Shown: positions 30,079 through 40,177, counted from the stretch's first letter. The stretch is 64,000 nt of DNA from an uncultured Planctomycetota bacterium (GCA_963737655.1 CAVTTN010000002.1:2720001-2784000); one strand, 5' to 3'. The notes: generated by a model not told the origin, from the letters alone. Numbers and translations: made by a program.

Positions 30079-30331
30079 GGGCAATCCTCCTCCTGATCCC
30101 CCAATCGCCCGGACAGGGTAGCACATCGCCGGCCGACCCTCCAGGGTCGAACGCCTCGACCGATTTCCCGGCTTGATCGAATCGGGGATCGGCGTAAGAA
30201 TTGCCCGGAGCGAGTCGTCGGCCGCGGGCCCTCCCCTCTCCGCCCGATCGGTCGTCCCCGCGAGGGGACCGGCTCGCCCCCACCTCTGGATGTCGTTCCG
30301 CCGTCGTGTCCGAACTGGGTGAGGAGCACCC

Positions 30332-30859
30332 GTGATGACGCGAGAGATCCCCGAATCCCATCCCCTCCACCGCCTCTTCCGGGGGCTGACCGAATCGACG
30401 TTCCTCGCCGAGCTGGGCATCGGCGACCCCGGCCTGGTGGGCTACGTGGCGAGGCTGCTCGCCCGGTTCGTCCCGGCCGAGGCGTCGTGGAACCTCCGGG
30501 ACGCCGAAGGGCGCCGGGTCCACCAGGTCTCGGCCATGATCGCCGAGGCCGAATCGGCCCCCGACTCCGACCGCCGGCTCGAATGCCACCGCCACGTCGG
30601 CGATTTCACGCTGTTCTGGTCGGGCGTCTATCCCGAGGCCCTGCCCAAACTCCGGGCCGGCACGGCCGACGCCCTGATCGACTTCCGGGAGCAGGGCAAG
30701 CGCTCCTACTACGTCGCCAGCACCCTCAGCGGAGAGGAGGCGCGGGTCTTGAGACGGCTCTCCGACGAATTCGAGCTCTGCGCCTTCGGCCTCCACCGGG
30801 TCCGCCAGGAATGGGAACGGCCCGACGGACCGATCGGCGGGGCCGTCTTCGGGGCATGA
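30332..30859 (+). CDS. Conserved-looking hypothetical protein
   Basis: GAGGAG RBS; YVA.LL.RF, HRHVGDFTLFWSG.YPE, GKRSYY.AS, RLSDEFE motifs; GC3 bias. Confidence 0.8.
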   Translation: MMTREIPESHPLHRLFRGLTESTFLAELGIGDPGLVGYVARLLARFVPAEASWNLRDAEGRRVHQVSAMIAEAESAPDSDRRLECHRHVGDFTLFWSGVYPEALPKLRAGTADALIDFREQGKRSYYVASTLSGEEARVLRRLSDEFELCAFGLHRVRQEWERPDGPIGGAVFGA

Positions 30860-31017
30860 CCCCGGACCGACGGGCCCCGCGATCGATCGGCCCGCCGACC
30901 TCGTCATGACGGACTGCCTCGCCGCATCCGGCCGCCCCGCGGCCGTCTCCATGTCCTCCCGCATCCATCCGACATGGACCTGGAAGTTGCGATCAGGTCC
31001 GATGCCTCGGGGCAATT

Positions 31018-31083
31018 GTAAGGTACATGAAAGGCACCCTCATTCATGAAGAAGAAGGGGCTGGTGCATTTCCTCCACCCCAC
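31018..31083. repeat. Degenerate REP family B doublet
   Basis: gtaaggtacatgaaaggcacc (31018-31038) and inverted ggtgcatttcctccaccccac (31063-31083). Confidence 0.6.
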
Positions 31084-31133
31084 GTGACTCGACTTCCAGC
31101 CCCGACCGATCACTCCGCGGGACCCGCAACGAG

Positions 31134-31162
31134 TTGACGCCCCTCCTCGGTCGGGTTAGTCT
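31134..31162 (+). promoter_or_regulatory. Putative sigma-70 promoter of the FHA kinase
   Basis: TTGACG-N17-TAGTCT. Confidence 0.5.
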
Positions 31163-31224
31163 CGGTCGGGACTTCGGGCGCCGATTGGGCGGATCGTCCC
31201 CGGCTCGTGGGGAGAGGGAGCGAC

Positions 31225-32934
31225 GTGGCTTCGTTGTTCGTGATCCAGGGGGCCGACCAGGGGAAGCGGTTCGAGCTGAAGGGCCGGCCGATGGCCCTCG
31301 GTCGCGATGGCTCCAACCCGATCCGGCTCCATGACAACGAGGTCTCCCGCCGTCATGCCGAGGTCCGCCCGGCCGATTCCGGCGACGGCTTCCGCCTCGT
31401 GGATCTGGGCTCGGCCAATGGGACGTTCGTGAACGGCCGGCAGGTCGAGGGGGCGGCGCTGAGGCCCGGCGACCAGGTCCGCGTCGGCCAGACGGTCATG
31501 CTGTTCAGCGAAGGGGGGCCGCCCCCCGAGCGCGACCTGACCGCCCGCGTCGATCTCCTGAGCAAGGCCAGCCCCGAGGACCGCTCGGCGATCGTCAAGA
31601 GCATCCCCGCCGGGGACGGCTCCCGAGTCCTGGAAGCCCCGGGCTCGGCCGGGGACTGGCTGAAGGTCCGCCTGGCCAACCTCGCCGTGATGTATCAGGC
31701 CACCCAGGCCATCAGTCACATCACGGACGTGGATGCCCTCCTGCCGCAGATCCTCCAGCTCGTGTTCGACTCGCTCGGGGCCGATCGCGGGGCGATCCTC
31801 CTGAGCGAAGAGGAGGGCGGCGACCTCGTCCCCAAGGCCGTCCGGTTCCGGGGGCAGGCCGACCCCGACGAGCGGATGACCATCTCGCGGACGATCGTCG
31901 ATCACGTCCGCGAGCAGGGCCAGGGCGTGATCACCTCGGACGCCTCGGGCGACAAGCGGTTCGGGCCGTCGCAATCGATCGTCGATTACGCGATCCGTGA
32001 GGCCATCTGCGTGCCGATCCAGGGCCGGCACACCACGTTGGGCGTGCTCTATGCCGACGTCCAGGCGTCGAACGAATTCGCCGAGGAAGACGGCCCGAGG
32101 CCCCGAGAGCGGTTCACCCAGGAGCACCTCACCCTGGCCGTGGCGATCGGCCACCAGTCGGGCCTGGCGATCGAGAACACCGCGTTCTACCAGGCGAAGC
32201 TCCAGGCCGAGCGGCTGGCCGCCGTGGGCCAGACCATCGCCACCCTCTCGCATCACATCAAGAACATCCTTCAGGGCATCCGCGGCGGCTCCTACCTGAT
32301 CGACATGGGCCTGAAGGACAAGGACGAGGGGATCGTCCGCCGAGGGTGGACGATCGTCGAGAAGAACCAGGCGAAGATCTATCACCTGGTCCTGGACATG
32401 CTCTCGTTCTCCAAGGACCGCGAGCCGGCCCTGGAGCCGACGGACCTGAACGCCGTGGTGGGCGACGTGGTCGAGCTCATGCAGTCGAGGGCCGCCGAGC
32501 TCGGAGTGACGCTCTCCTGGGCCCCGGCCGAGGGCCTCCCCGAGGTCAACCTCGACCCCGAGGGCATCCACCGGGCCGTCTTGAACATCGTGACCAACGC
32601 GATCGACGCCTCGGAGGAGGCGCCCGGGGCCAAGGTCGTCGTGGCCACCTCCTGGGACGAGACCGCCTCGCTCGCCCGGGTCACCATCGCCGACAACGGC
32701 GTGGGCATCCCCGAGGAGAACCTCGACTCGATCTTCGCCGTGTTCGCCTCGACCAAGGGGGCCCGGGGGACCGGCCTGGGCCTGCCCGTCTCGCAAAAGA
32801 TCGTCCGCGAGCACGGCGGGCGGATCGTCGTGACCAGCCGGGTCGGCCAGGGCGCGAAGTTTATCCTCGAACTGCCCGCGAAGAAGGCCTCGGTCGACCT
32901 GGGAGGGACCGACGGCATGGCCACGATGGCCTGA
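31225..32934 (+). CDS. FHA-GAF-histidine kinase
   Basis: LGR..VSRRHA..DLGSANGTFVNG (FHA); GAF with AICVPI; SHHIKNIL (H-box); NIVTNAIDA, DNGVG, GTGLGL. Confidence 0.93.
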   Translation: MASLFVIQGADQGKRFELKGRPMALGRDGSNPIRLHDNEVSRRHAEVRPADSGDGFRLVDLGSANGTFVNGRQVEGAALRPGDQVRVGQTVMLFSEGGPPPERDLTARVDLLSKASPEDRSAIVKSIPAGDGSRVLEAPGSAGDWLKVRLANLAVMYQATQAISHITDVDALLPQILQLVFDSLGADRGAILLSEEEGGDLVPKAVRFRGQADPDERMTISRTIVDHVREQGQGVITSDASGDKRFGPSQSIVDYAIREAICVPIQGRHTTLGVLYADVQASNEFAEEDGPRPRERFTQEHLTLAVAIGHQSGLAIENTAFYQAKLQAERLAAVGQTIATLSHHIKNILQGIRGGSYLIDMGLKDKDEGIVRRGWTIVEKNQAKIYHLVLDMLSFSKDREPALEPTDLNAVVGDVVELMQSRAAELGVTLSWAPAEGLPEVNLDPEGIHRAVLNIVTNAIDASEEAPGAKVVVATSWDETASLARVTIADNGVGIPEENLDSIFAVFASTKGARGTGLGLPVSQKIVREHGGRIVVTSRVGQGAKFILELPAKKASVDLGGTDGMATMA

Positions 32935-32964
32935 TTCGGCCAGATCCCGCCTTGTTGGAAGGGA

Positions 32965-33408
32965 TCAGCGGATCGCCAGGAGTTCTCGGGCCCGGTCTCG
33001 GAGCCGGTCCCACGGGCCGACCAGGGGCGGCTCCTCGGCCGGGGGCTCCTCGGGCAGCGGCTCGGGGCGGCCGGACTCGCCGACCTGGACGAATTGCATG
33101 AGGCCGTCCATCCAGGGTCGTTTCCGCCCGGGCAGAGGGTCGCCGACCAGGCCGACGACGACCATGGCCCGGGCCCGGAGCACTTCCTTGCCCCGGATCG
33201 CCACCACCCGGCCGATCGGCACGGGCTCTCGGCATCGGACGTCCAGGACCCGTTTCAGGACGAGGTTTGCCGACGGCCCGACGGCCTGATAGGCGGCGGC
33301 GTACCCCGCCTCCAGTGCCAGGGAAAGCAGCATTCCGGCATACAATGTGCCATGATGATTGGCATCGCGTGGCAAAATGAGTCGATGCGTTACGGTTTCT
33401 TCCGACAT
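32965..33408 (-). CDS. Acyl-CoA thioesterase (hotdog fold)
   Basis: LILPRDANHHGTLYAG; F.QVGE.GRP.PLP. Confidence 0.8.
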   Translation of the reverse strand: MSEETVTHRLILPRDANHHGTLYAGMLLSLALEAGYAAAYQAVGPSANLVLKRVLDVRCREPVPIGRVVAIRGKEVLRARAMVVVGLVGDPLPGRKRPWMDGLMQFVQVGESGRPEPLPEEPPAEEPPLVGPWDRLRDRARELLAIR

Positions 33409-34067
33409 TCGTGAAGTTCCCGGCGACCCGTCCCCGGGTCCGAAGAGGCCATCGCAGGGGTCGAGACCCATCCATGCCATCGTCGTCCGAGCGTCGCGGT
33501 GGAGAGAAGCACCACCATTCCGCACCCTCGGATTGCGCGGATTCCTCCTCAGGGATTTCCCCCTCCGCCCGATCGGCGTGATCGGGGGTGTCGAAGCCGG
33601 TTTCGCAATCCTGGGTCGTGAACGCGGTGCGTCACTCCTTTTTCGGTCAGAATCGGAAGGAACTTCTCGCGGGCTTCTCGCCACGATCAAATCGCGTGCA
33701 TGGTCGAATGGGAGAATCGCCAGGGTTTCCGATTTTTCGTGTCCCGTCCGCCGATCCTTGCCGTATTAGGACCGTGAGTGGAAGGATTCGCGACGCGGCG
33801 AGCCTGGTCGTGGTGCGGCCGGGACCGGCTTCCTGGACCCTTCCGTCCCCATCGAGACGACCCAGGGCCCGGGATTCGCTAGCGGACCGATGCGCATCCG
33901 ATGCCGCCTCGATTCGCCCGACGGTTCGCCTCCGGCGCGATCGCCCCGCTTCCTCCGCTCCAGGCTCCCAGACCGGTCCTCCCGGGACCGAGCTTCCCCC
34001 CCAGCCCCCGACCGGGAGATCCCGCCTCCCGGGACTCTCCACCGACCCGAAGACGAGGACGTCCGCC

Positions 34068-34955
34068 ATGCACTCGTCGATTGTGGCGTTCCTGGAGCAC
34101 CTCGCGGGGGAGAAGGGCGCCTCGGCGTTGACGGTCAAGTCATACCGGGAAGACCTTTCGGCCTTCGCCCGCTACCTGGCCGAGGCGGAAGGCGAAGACG
34201 TGGACCCGATCTCGGTCCAGACCCGGAGGCTCCGCTCGTTCGCCGCCTGGCTCGGCTCCGAGGGGTATGCCCCGAGCACGATCGCCCGCCGGCTGGCCTG
34301 CGTCCGGTCGTTCTTCAAGTTCCATCGCCGCCGGGGGACGCTGGCCTCGGACCCCTCGGCCTCGCTCCGCAACCCGAAGCAGGCCAAGAGGTTGCCCAAC
34401 CCGCTGAGGGTCGAGGACATCCTTCGCCTGCTCGACGAGATCCCGACGGCCGAGCCCCTGGGGGTCCGCGACCGGGCCCTGTTCGAGGTCCTTTACGGAG
34501 GCGGACTGCGGGTGGCGGAGGCGGTGGGCCTGGATCGCCAGGACCTGGATTTGGATCAGGGATTGATCCGGGTCCGGGGCAAGGGCCGCCGAGAGCGACT
34601 GGCCCCGATCGGGGAAGAGGCCGTGGCGTGGCTCCGGCGGTGGCTGGCGGTTCGGTCCCCGGCAAGTGCCGACGAATCCGCGGTATTCCTGAACCGTTAT
34701 GGCACAAGACTTTCGGGGCGGAGCGTCGGCCGACTTTTCGACTCCTATTTGAAGGCCCGAGGCCTGGACCCGTCGGCCAGCAGCCCCCACACGCTCCGCC
34801 ACAGCTTCGCCACCCACCTGCTGGACCGGGGGGCCGACCTCCGCAGCGTCCAGGAATTGCTGGGACATCGGCGGCTGACGACGACCCAGATTTATACTCA
34901 CGTGAGTCAGGAACGCATGAGAGACTCCTATGACGACGCGCATCCGCGAGCCTAG
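34068..34955 (+). CDS. xerC: Tyrosine recombinase XerC
   Basis: TVKSYREDL; LYGGGLRVAE; GKG.RER; SPHTLRHSFATHLL..GADLRSVQELLGH..L.TTQIYTHV. Confidence 0.9.
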   Translation: MHSSIVAFLEHLAGEKGASALTVKSYREDLSAFARYLAEAEGEDVDPISVQTRRLRSFAAWLGSEGYAPSTIARRLACVRSFFKFHRRRGTLASDPSASLRNPKQAKRLPNPLRVEDILRLLDEIPTAEPLGVRDRALFEVLYGGGLRVAEAVGLDRQDLDLDQGLIRVRGKGRRERLAPIGEEAVAWLRRWLAVRSPASADESAVFLNRYGTRLSGRSVGRLFDSYLKARGLDPSASSPHTLRHSFATHLLDRGADLRSVQELLGHRRLTTTQIYTHVSQERMRDSYDDAHPRA

Positions 34956-35039
34956 CCCGGCCGTAACCGCCAGATCATGCCGACTTTGGGACAATCTGGC
35001 CGAATCGTCCCGGGTGGTCCCTTCCGGCGAAGTGGGGTT

Positions 35040-35068
35040 TTGACGGCGGACTCGGCGTGATGTATAAC
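35040..35068 (+). promoter_or_regulatory. Putative sigma-70 promoter
   Basis: TTGACG-N17-TATAAC upstream of the NtrC-like regulator. Confidence 0.6.
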
Positions 35069-35271
35069 CCCAACAACATCTCCACCCGCGGCGGCCTGCT
35101 GGGCCCACCGCGCCCCAGGTCAACCGGCCCGGCGGGCCGACGAATCGCCCCGCTTCCCGCCTCCGTCCCGGCCGAGCCGCGGGCAATGCAGGCGACCTCC
35201 CAGATTCAGGGATGACCGACCGGTCCCGTAGCCTCGATGGCCCCGGGCGCCCCTGCGAGAGAGCGATCCTC

Positions 35272-36777
35272 ATGAGCCACACCCGCATCCTGATCGTTCA
35301 TCCCGATCCGTCGGTCGCGTCGCTGATGACGTCCATGCTCCAAACGCTCGGGCACAAGATCGAGGAGGCGCCGAACGACCGGGCGGCGGTGCGGAGGCTG
35401 GAGCTCTCGACGATCGACCTGGTCCTGGCGGCGGCCGACCCCCGGGACCCGGAAGCCCTGGAGTTCCTCACCTATGTGAGGCGGAAGCATCCGGCGGTGC
35501 CCGTGATCCTCCTGTTCCCGGACTCCCACTCGGAGAGGACCCGGGAGGCGATGGCCCGAGGGGCGACGGCGATCCTCCGCTACCCCTTGCCGGCCAATTC
35601 GTTGAGGGCCGCGGTCGCCCAGGCGCTGGGCCAGCCCGAGCTGTCGGCCGTGAAGCCGCCGGCCTCGCCGGGCAACGGGGCATCGAGGACCAACGGCCAC
35701 GCCCTCCACGAGGCCTCGCGAGTCCCCCCGCCGCCCCGGGTCGAGGTGGCCCCGCCGCCCTTCGAGTCGTCGCCTCCCGCGCCGGATTCGGCCCGGCCCG
35801 AGGAGCCGATGGGCAAGGACCCGGCGTTCCGCCAGGCGGTCGAGCTGGCCGGAGCCATCGCCTCGACGGCCGCACCCATCCTGCTTTGCGGCGAACGAGG
35901 CACCGGCAAGACCCGGCTCGCCCACTGGATTCACCGTCGGGGACGCCCCGCCGACGCGCCGATCGTCGAGGTCTCGTGCGGACCGGCCCGGGACTCGGTC
36001 CTGGAAGTCGAGCTGTTCGGCCGGATCGGGACCGGCCCGGACGACCCCGACCGCCCCGGCCTGATCGAGCGAGCCCGAGGCGGGACGCTCGTCCTGGACG
36101 AGGTTTCCGCCCTCTCCCTGCCGCTCCAGGGCCGGCTGCTCCGGCTCCTCCGCGACGGCGAATTCGAGCCGATCGGCTCGGCCTCGCCCGAGAAGGCGGC
36201 CGTCCGAATCGTCCTGACGACCCGGGAAGACCTCTCGGGCCCTCTGGCCGAAGGCCGGTTCCGGGCGGACCTCTACTCGCAGATGGCCGTCGTCGCGCTG
36301 AAGCTCCCCCCGTTGAGGCTCCGCGGCGGAGACATCGAGACGCTCGCCGAGGCGTTCCGGGAGCGGTTCGCCTTCTCGCTTCGGAAGGACATCTCGGGCT
36401 TCGCCCCGGAGGCCCTGGACCGGCTTCGGGCCCACCTCTGGCCGGGAAACATCCAGGAGCTGGAGCAGGCGATCGAGAGGGCCGTGGTCGTCGCCCGGGG
36501 CACCCGGATCGAGGCCAATCACCTGCCGCTGGTCGCCCGCGAAGCCCCGGCCTCCCGGCCCCCCGCCCGGGGGCGCAAGTCCCAGGCCAGCCTCGGCATC
36601 CTCCCCCTGAAGGAAGCCCTGGAAGTCCCCGAGAAACACCTGATCCTCCAGGCCCTCGAAGCCCTCGAGTGGAACCGCCAGGAGACGGCTCGGGTCCTGG
36701 ACATCAACCGCACCACCCTCTACAAGAAAATGAAGAAGTACGGGCTGCTTTTTGATGAGCCCGTCTGGGCAAATTGA
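35272..36777 (+). CDS. Atypical NtrC-like regulator (receiver-like, AAA+, Fis HTH)
   Basis: GERGTGKT Walker A; VLDEV Walker B; FRADLY; WPGNIQEL; TARVLDINRTTLYKKMKKYG. Confidence 0.9.
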   Translation: MSHTRILIVHPDPSVASLMTSMLQTLGHKIEEAPNDRAAVRRLELSTIDLVLAAADPRDPEALEFLTYVRRKHPAVPVILLFPDSHSERTREAMARGATAILRYPLPANSLRAAVAQALGQPELSAVKPPASPGNGASRTNGHALHEASRVPPPPRVEVAPPPFESSPPAPDSARPEEPMGKDPAFRQAVELAGAIASTAAPILLCGERGTGKTRLAHWIHRRGRPADAPIVEVSCGPARDSVLEVELFGRIGTGPDDPDRPGLIERARGGTLVLDEVSALSLPLQGRLLRLLRDGEFEPIGSASPEKAAVRIVLTTREDLSGPLAEGRFRADLYSQMAVVALKLPPLRLRGGDIETLAEAFRERFAFSLRKDISGFAPEALDRLRAHLWPGNIQELEQAIERAVVVARGTRIEANHLPLVAREAPASRPPARGRKSQASLGILPLKEALEVPEKHLILQALEALEWNRQETARVLDINRTTLYKKMKKYGLLFDEPVWAN

Positions 36778-37112
36778 TCTCAGACGGGCGACGACGGCGA
36801 CGAGGTCGCCATGGATTCCGAGGGTCGCGGTTCGGGGTGCCCCGGTTTTCGAGCCGGCGAGGCGGAGACGCAAGGGCCCGTCGTTCGGGCGCAGGCTCCG
36901 GCGTTTCGGCCTCCTCCCTCCGCGCGAGTTCGCCATCCGAACCGGGAGAACCGAGCTCTCGCTCGGACCCGAATTCCCGGAATCCGGGGCGACAGCAGTG
37001 GCGCCCGTTGTGAAAGGGCCAATCAGTCGTTGAAGAGGGAGGGCTTCACTCCCTCTCCCCGGCCCTCGGGGGAGAGGGTAAGCTCGGCTTTCATGGGAAG
37101 AACGGATCGGCC

Positions 37113-37207
37113 CGGGTGTAGCTCTGGAATCTGGATCGTCCAAAGGGTGCCCCCGGTTCTTGAACCGGGGGCACCCGAAAAAACTCCAGATTCGGGAGCT
37201 ACACCCG
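37113..37207. repeat. Nested hairpin element (REPIN-like, family D)
   Basis: cgggtgtagctc..gaatctgga / tccagattc..gagctacacccg enclosing gggtgcccccggttc / gaaccgggggcaccc. Confidence 0.75.
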
Positions 37208-37498
37208 ATCGGCCCTTCGTTGTGACGGGCCATTGCCCCAGAGTCCGTGATCCGGTAGACTGGGACCCTTCGCCCCGGACGATCCCCTGTTCCGCGGCCT
37301 CGTCTCCCGAGCCTCCCGAGGTGCCCTGTGTCGTACCGCCCGCGGAAGAAGAGTTCCCACAAGCAGAAGTTCGGCATCTGCAAGAGGTGCGGGGGCCGGA
37401 TTCGCCGCCACATCGCGCGTTGCAAGAAGTGCTCGGAGAAGACGTCCTGAGCCGAGCCGCGATCGGATCGCCTCCGACGCCGAGGGCGAGGCCGACGC

Positions 37499-38428
37499 CT
37501 AGGATTCGGCCTTTCCGAGGGTCGTGACGGTCGTTGTCGTCCCCGAGGCCCCGAGCGTCGTGACCTCGGAGACGACCTCGCCGCCGTCCGGGTCGATGTG
37601 GAACCTCTCGGTGTGGGTCGGCCGGAGGATGTCCGTCAGGGGCACCTTTTCCTCGCCGTTGACCGCGAAATTCCCCGAGTCCACGACCGGGTCGGTCGCG
37701 TCGCGCCTCCGGCTGGTGAAGGTGGTGCCCCGGATGTCGTCGGCCGTGCTGGCGGCCAGGGCGATGGCCCGATGCAGGCTGTAATCGTCCCGCGATTGGC
37801 CCGACTCGAGGAATTGCCGGATCGCCGGGTCCTTCTCCTTGAGCATCGCCAGGAGCTCGGGCGAGTCCATGTCGATCAGGGAGAAATCCCGGGTCACGAC
37901 GGTGTGGATGCGGTCGATCGTCAGGAGCGAATAATCGCGGGCATCGACGCCGTAGGGCACGAGGCTGAAGACCTTGCTCGGGGAGAACGGCTCCGCTTCC
38001 AGGGCGGCGCGTTGGTCGGGCGTGACGCCGTCCATCATCGCCTTGATCCGCCTTTGGAAGTCCCCCTTCATCGTGTAGTAGTAGTTCTCGGCGAGCTGGC
38101 CGGTCTTCCGGGCGAGGTAGATCGAGGTATTGCCGGGGGTGCCGTCGGCCTTCATCCCGCTGGCGCGGTTGGAATCGAGCCTGGTCGAGTCGGGCCGCGG
38201 GGTGATGGCGCCCAGGGCCGTCGATCCATGGATCCTGGGGATGCCCCGGACCATCATCGTCCCGGCGGGGACGTCGATCCGGGCCGAGGCCGGCAGGCCG
38301 TCGCGATCCAGGATCTCCAGGGCCTTCCAGTAGATCCCCGGGCTGTGGATGGTCTTGCTGGCGATCGTCGAGGTCGAGCTCCCGAGGCTCGCCCCGACCC
38401 GCGAGAGGAAGATCGGTAGTCGCGACAT
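37499..38428 (-). CDS. Hypothetical protein with a putative divergent RES domain
   Basis: SNRASG...SIYLA...AE; FSLIDM; DDYSLHRAIA...IRG..FTSRR...NFAV follow the R-E-S order of RES domains. Confidence 0.6.
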   Translation of the reverse strand: MSRLPIFLSRVGASLGSSTSTIASKTIHSPGIYWKALEILDRDGLPASARIDVPAGTMMVRGIPRIHGSTALGAITPRPDSTRLDSNRASGMKADGTPGNTSIYLARKTGQLAENYYYTMKGDFQRRIKAMMDGVTPDQRAALEAEPFSPSKVFSLVPYGVDARDYSLLTIDRIHTVVTRDFSLIDMDSPELLAMLKEKDPAIRQFLESGQSRDDYSLHRAIALAASTADDIRGTTFTSRRRDATDPVVDSGNFAVNGEEKVPLTDILRPTHTERFHIDPDGGEVVSEVTTLGASGTTTTVTTLGKAES

Positions 38429-38589
38429 GGTCTCCCCGATCGATCGGCGGATCGCCGAGGGCGCGCCTCGGTGCAGACGGCGGCCGTTCGAGGCCGCCCC
38501 TCCTCAGATACGGGGCCGATCGCCGGCGCCCCGGGCCGTCCCGGAAAAGCCTCGACCGGTCGCCACGAAACCCCGCGGGGCCGCCCCGA

Positions 38590-38913
38590 TCAGTCCGTCG
38601 GCCGAGGCCCGGGGGTCACGCCCGAGGCCGCCGCCCGGCCGAGGACGCGGACCGTCAAATCCGTCTCGACTCGGACCTGGCACGACAGCCGAATATCCGG
38701 CCCCAGGCTGGCTTCCCGGGCGAGCCTCTCGCGCTCCAGCTCGCCCATCGGCTCCAGCTCGCCGGAAACCAGCTGGACGCGGCAGGTCGTACACTTGGCG
38801 TTCCCCCCGCAGCGATGGAGGATGTCGATCCCCGCATCCTCGATCGCCAGGACGAGCTTGGTCCCCTGGGTGACCTCGAACGACTTCTCCCCTTCAACCG
38901 TCACGGTAGGCAT
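38590..38913 (-). CDS. 2Fe-2S ferredoxin
   Basis: CGGNAKCTTC ... RLSCQ. Confidence 0.92.
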   Translation of the reverse strand: MPTVTVEGEKSFEVTQGTKLVLAIEDAGIDILHRCGGNAKCTTCRVQLVSGELEPMGELERERLAREASLGPDIRLSCQVRVETDLTVRVLGRAAASGVTPGPRPTD

Positions 38914-38973
38914 GGCAAATCGGCTCCTGGTGACCTCGCAAACGAGAGCCGAGCCTAACCGGAGGACCCGACC

Positions 38974-39213
38974 CCGGGCAAGGTCCGTCCGGGAATTGGT
39001 GTCAGATCGTGCTTCGAAGAAAACCCGACTGAGGATGAGGTAACGAGTAGGTCCGACTTCAGTCGGGCCTACGAAAAAAGGGATTTTAGGCCCGACTGAA
39101 GTCGGACCTACTTGTATCGATGATTCGAAGGATTTTTTACAAGGCATGTCAGATCATATTTCGGATTGCTCGAAGCACGATCCGACACCAATTCCCGGAC
39201 GGACCTTGCCCGG
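38974..39213. mobile_element. MITE/REPIN-like 240-bp element: 44-bp terminal inverted repeats enclosing a family A REP doublet
   Basis: Arms 38974-39017 and 39170-39213 are reverse complements with 1 mismatch; inner GTAGGTCCGACTTCAGTCGGGCCT / AGGCCCGACTGAAGTCGGACCTAC at about 39047-39110. Confidence 0.75.
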
Positions 39214-39241
39214 ACGCCGTTTGTTTCCCCGTCCCTGCCCT

Positions 39242-40150
39242 TTACCGAGTGCCTTCCAGCCGCTTCGCCAGGTCGGCCCAGAGCCGATCGGCGTCGATGG
39301 CGGTGATCCAGGTGAGGGTGCCGCGGGGGTGGGCGTGGTCGAAGGTCCGATCGTCGCGGACGGTGGGCCGGGGATGGGTTTCGGACTTCGTCAGGCCGAG
39401 GAGATAGGCCGTCGTGACCTCGTCCCAGATCGGCCAGGTCCCGGGCCGTCCGGAGACCTCCTGGGCCATCTTCGGGTTCTTCGTCAGCCATCGATCGAGC
39501 AGGGTGACGAGGAATTCGCCGCCGGGCCCCAGCGCCTTGCGGGCGGTTTCGGGGGTCATGGCCAGGTGGCGGCGGGTCACGGCCGAGTCGCCGACGACCA
39601 GGGGGACCGGGGATTCCAGGACGACCCGCCAGGCCGCCACGTCGTTCTTGACGTTCCACGGGTCGCCGCCGTCGGGCCAGGCGTCGAAGGCCATCGAGAC
39701 GACCCGCACGCGGTCGGCCCACGACGGATCGAGCCGGAGGGCCATCGCCACGTCGGTGGCCGCGCCGATCATGACGACCGTCAGGCGACGATCGGCCGAG
39801 AACCCCTTCGCCTGGTCGATCAGGAACCGGGCCCCGGCCTGGTTTTCGGGAGGGACGTCGCCGGAGATCGCCCGGGGAGAGCCGGCGATCACCGGGAATT
39901 TCCCGGACCGGCCCACCTTCTCCAGGACGCCCCGAACGGCCGTCGCGGCGGCTTCCGGGGTCAGGCCGGGGGCGTGGGTCGTGACCACTCCTCGAAGGTC
40001 GATCGCGGGCGAGAGCGCCAGATGGGCCAGGGCCCACTGGTCATCGACCTCCGCCCCGCAGTCCGTCGAGAGCACCACCGGGACCGGCCCCGGAGGGCCT
40101 CCCAGGACGACCGAGGGCGAGCAGAGCAGGGCCAGACCGAGCCATCGCAT
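39242..40150 (-). CDS. Nucleoside hydrolase family protein, secreted
   Basis: Signal peptide; TDCGAEVDDQWAL; IGAATDVA; WNVKND..A; IWD. Confidence 0.85.
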   Translation of the reverse strand: MRWLGLALLCSPSVVLGGPPGPVPVVLSTDCGAEVDDQWALAHLALSPAIDLRGVVTTHAPGLTPEAAATAVRGVLEKVGRSGKFPVIAGSPRAISGDVPPENQAGARFLIDQAKGFSADRRLTVVMIGAATDVAMALRLDPSWADRVRVVSMAFDAWPDGGDPWNVKNDVAAWRVVLESPVPLVVGDSAVTRRHLAMTPETARKALGPGGEFLVTLLDRWLTKNPKMAQEVSGRPGTWPIWDEVTTAYLLGLTKSETHPRPTVRDDRTFDHAHPRGTLTWITAIDADRLWADLAKRLEGTR

Positions 40151-40177
40151 CGAGATCATCCTTTGGTTGCCGGGCCT

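Noticed and set aside
34068..34955. Tyrosine recombinase as a prophage or island integrase
   Set aside because: It has the size and motifs of housekeeping XerC, with no att-like repeats, tRNA or phage genes nearby
9027..38428. Macrodomain and RES-like gene as a toxin-antitoxin pair
   Set aside because: They are 28 kb apart with no linkage evidence
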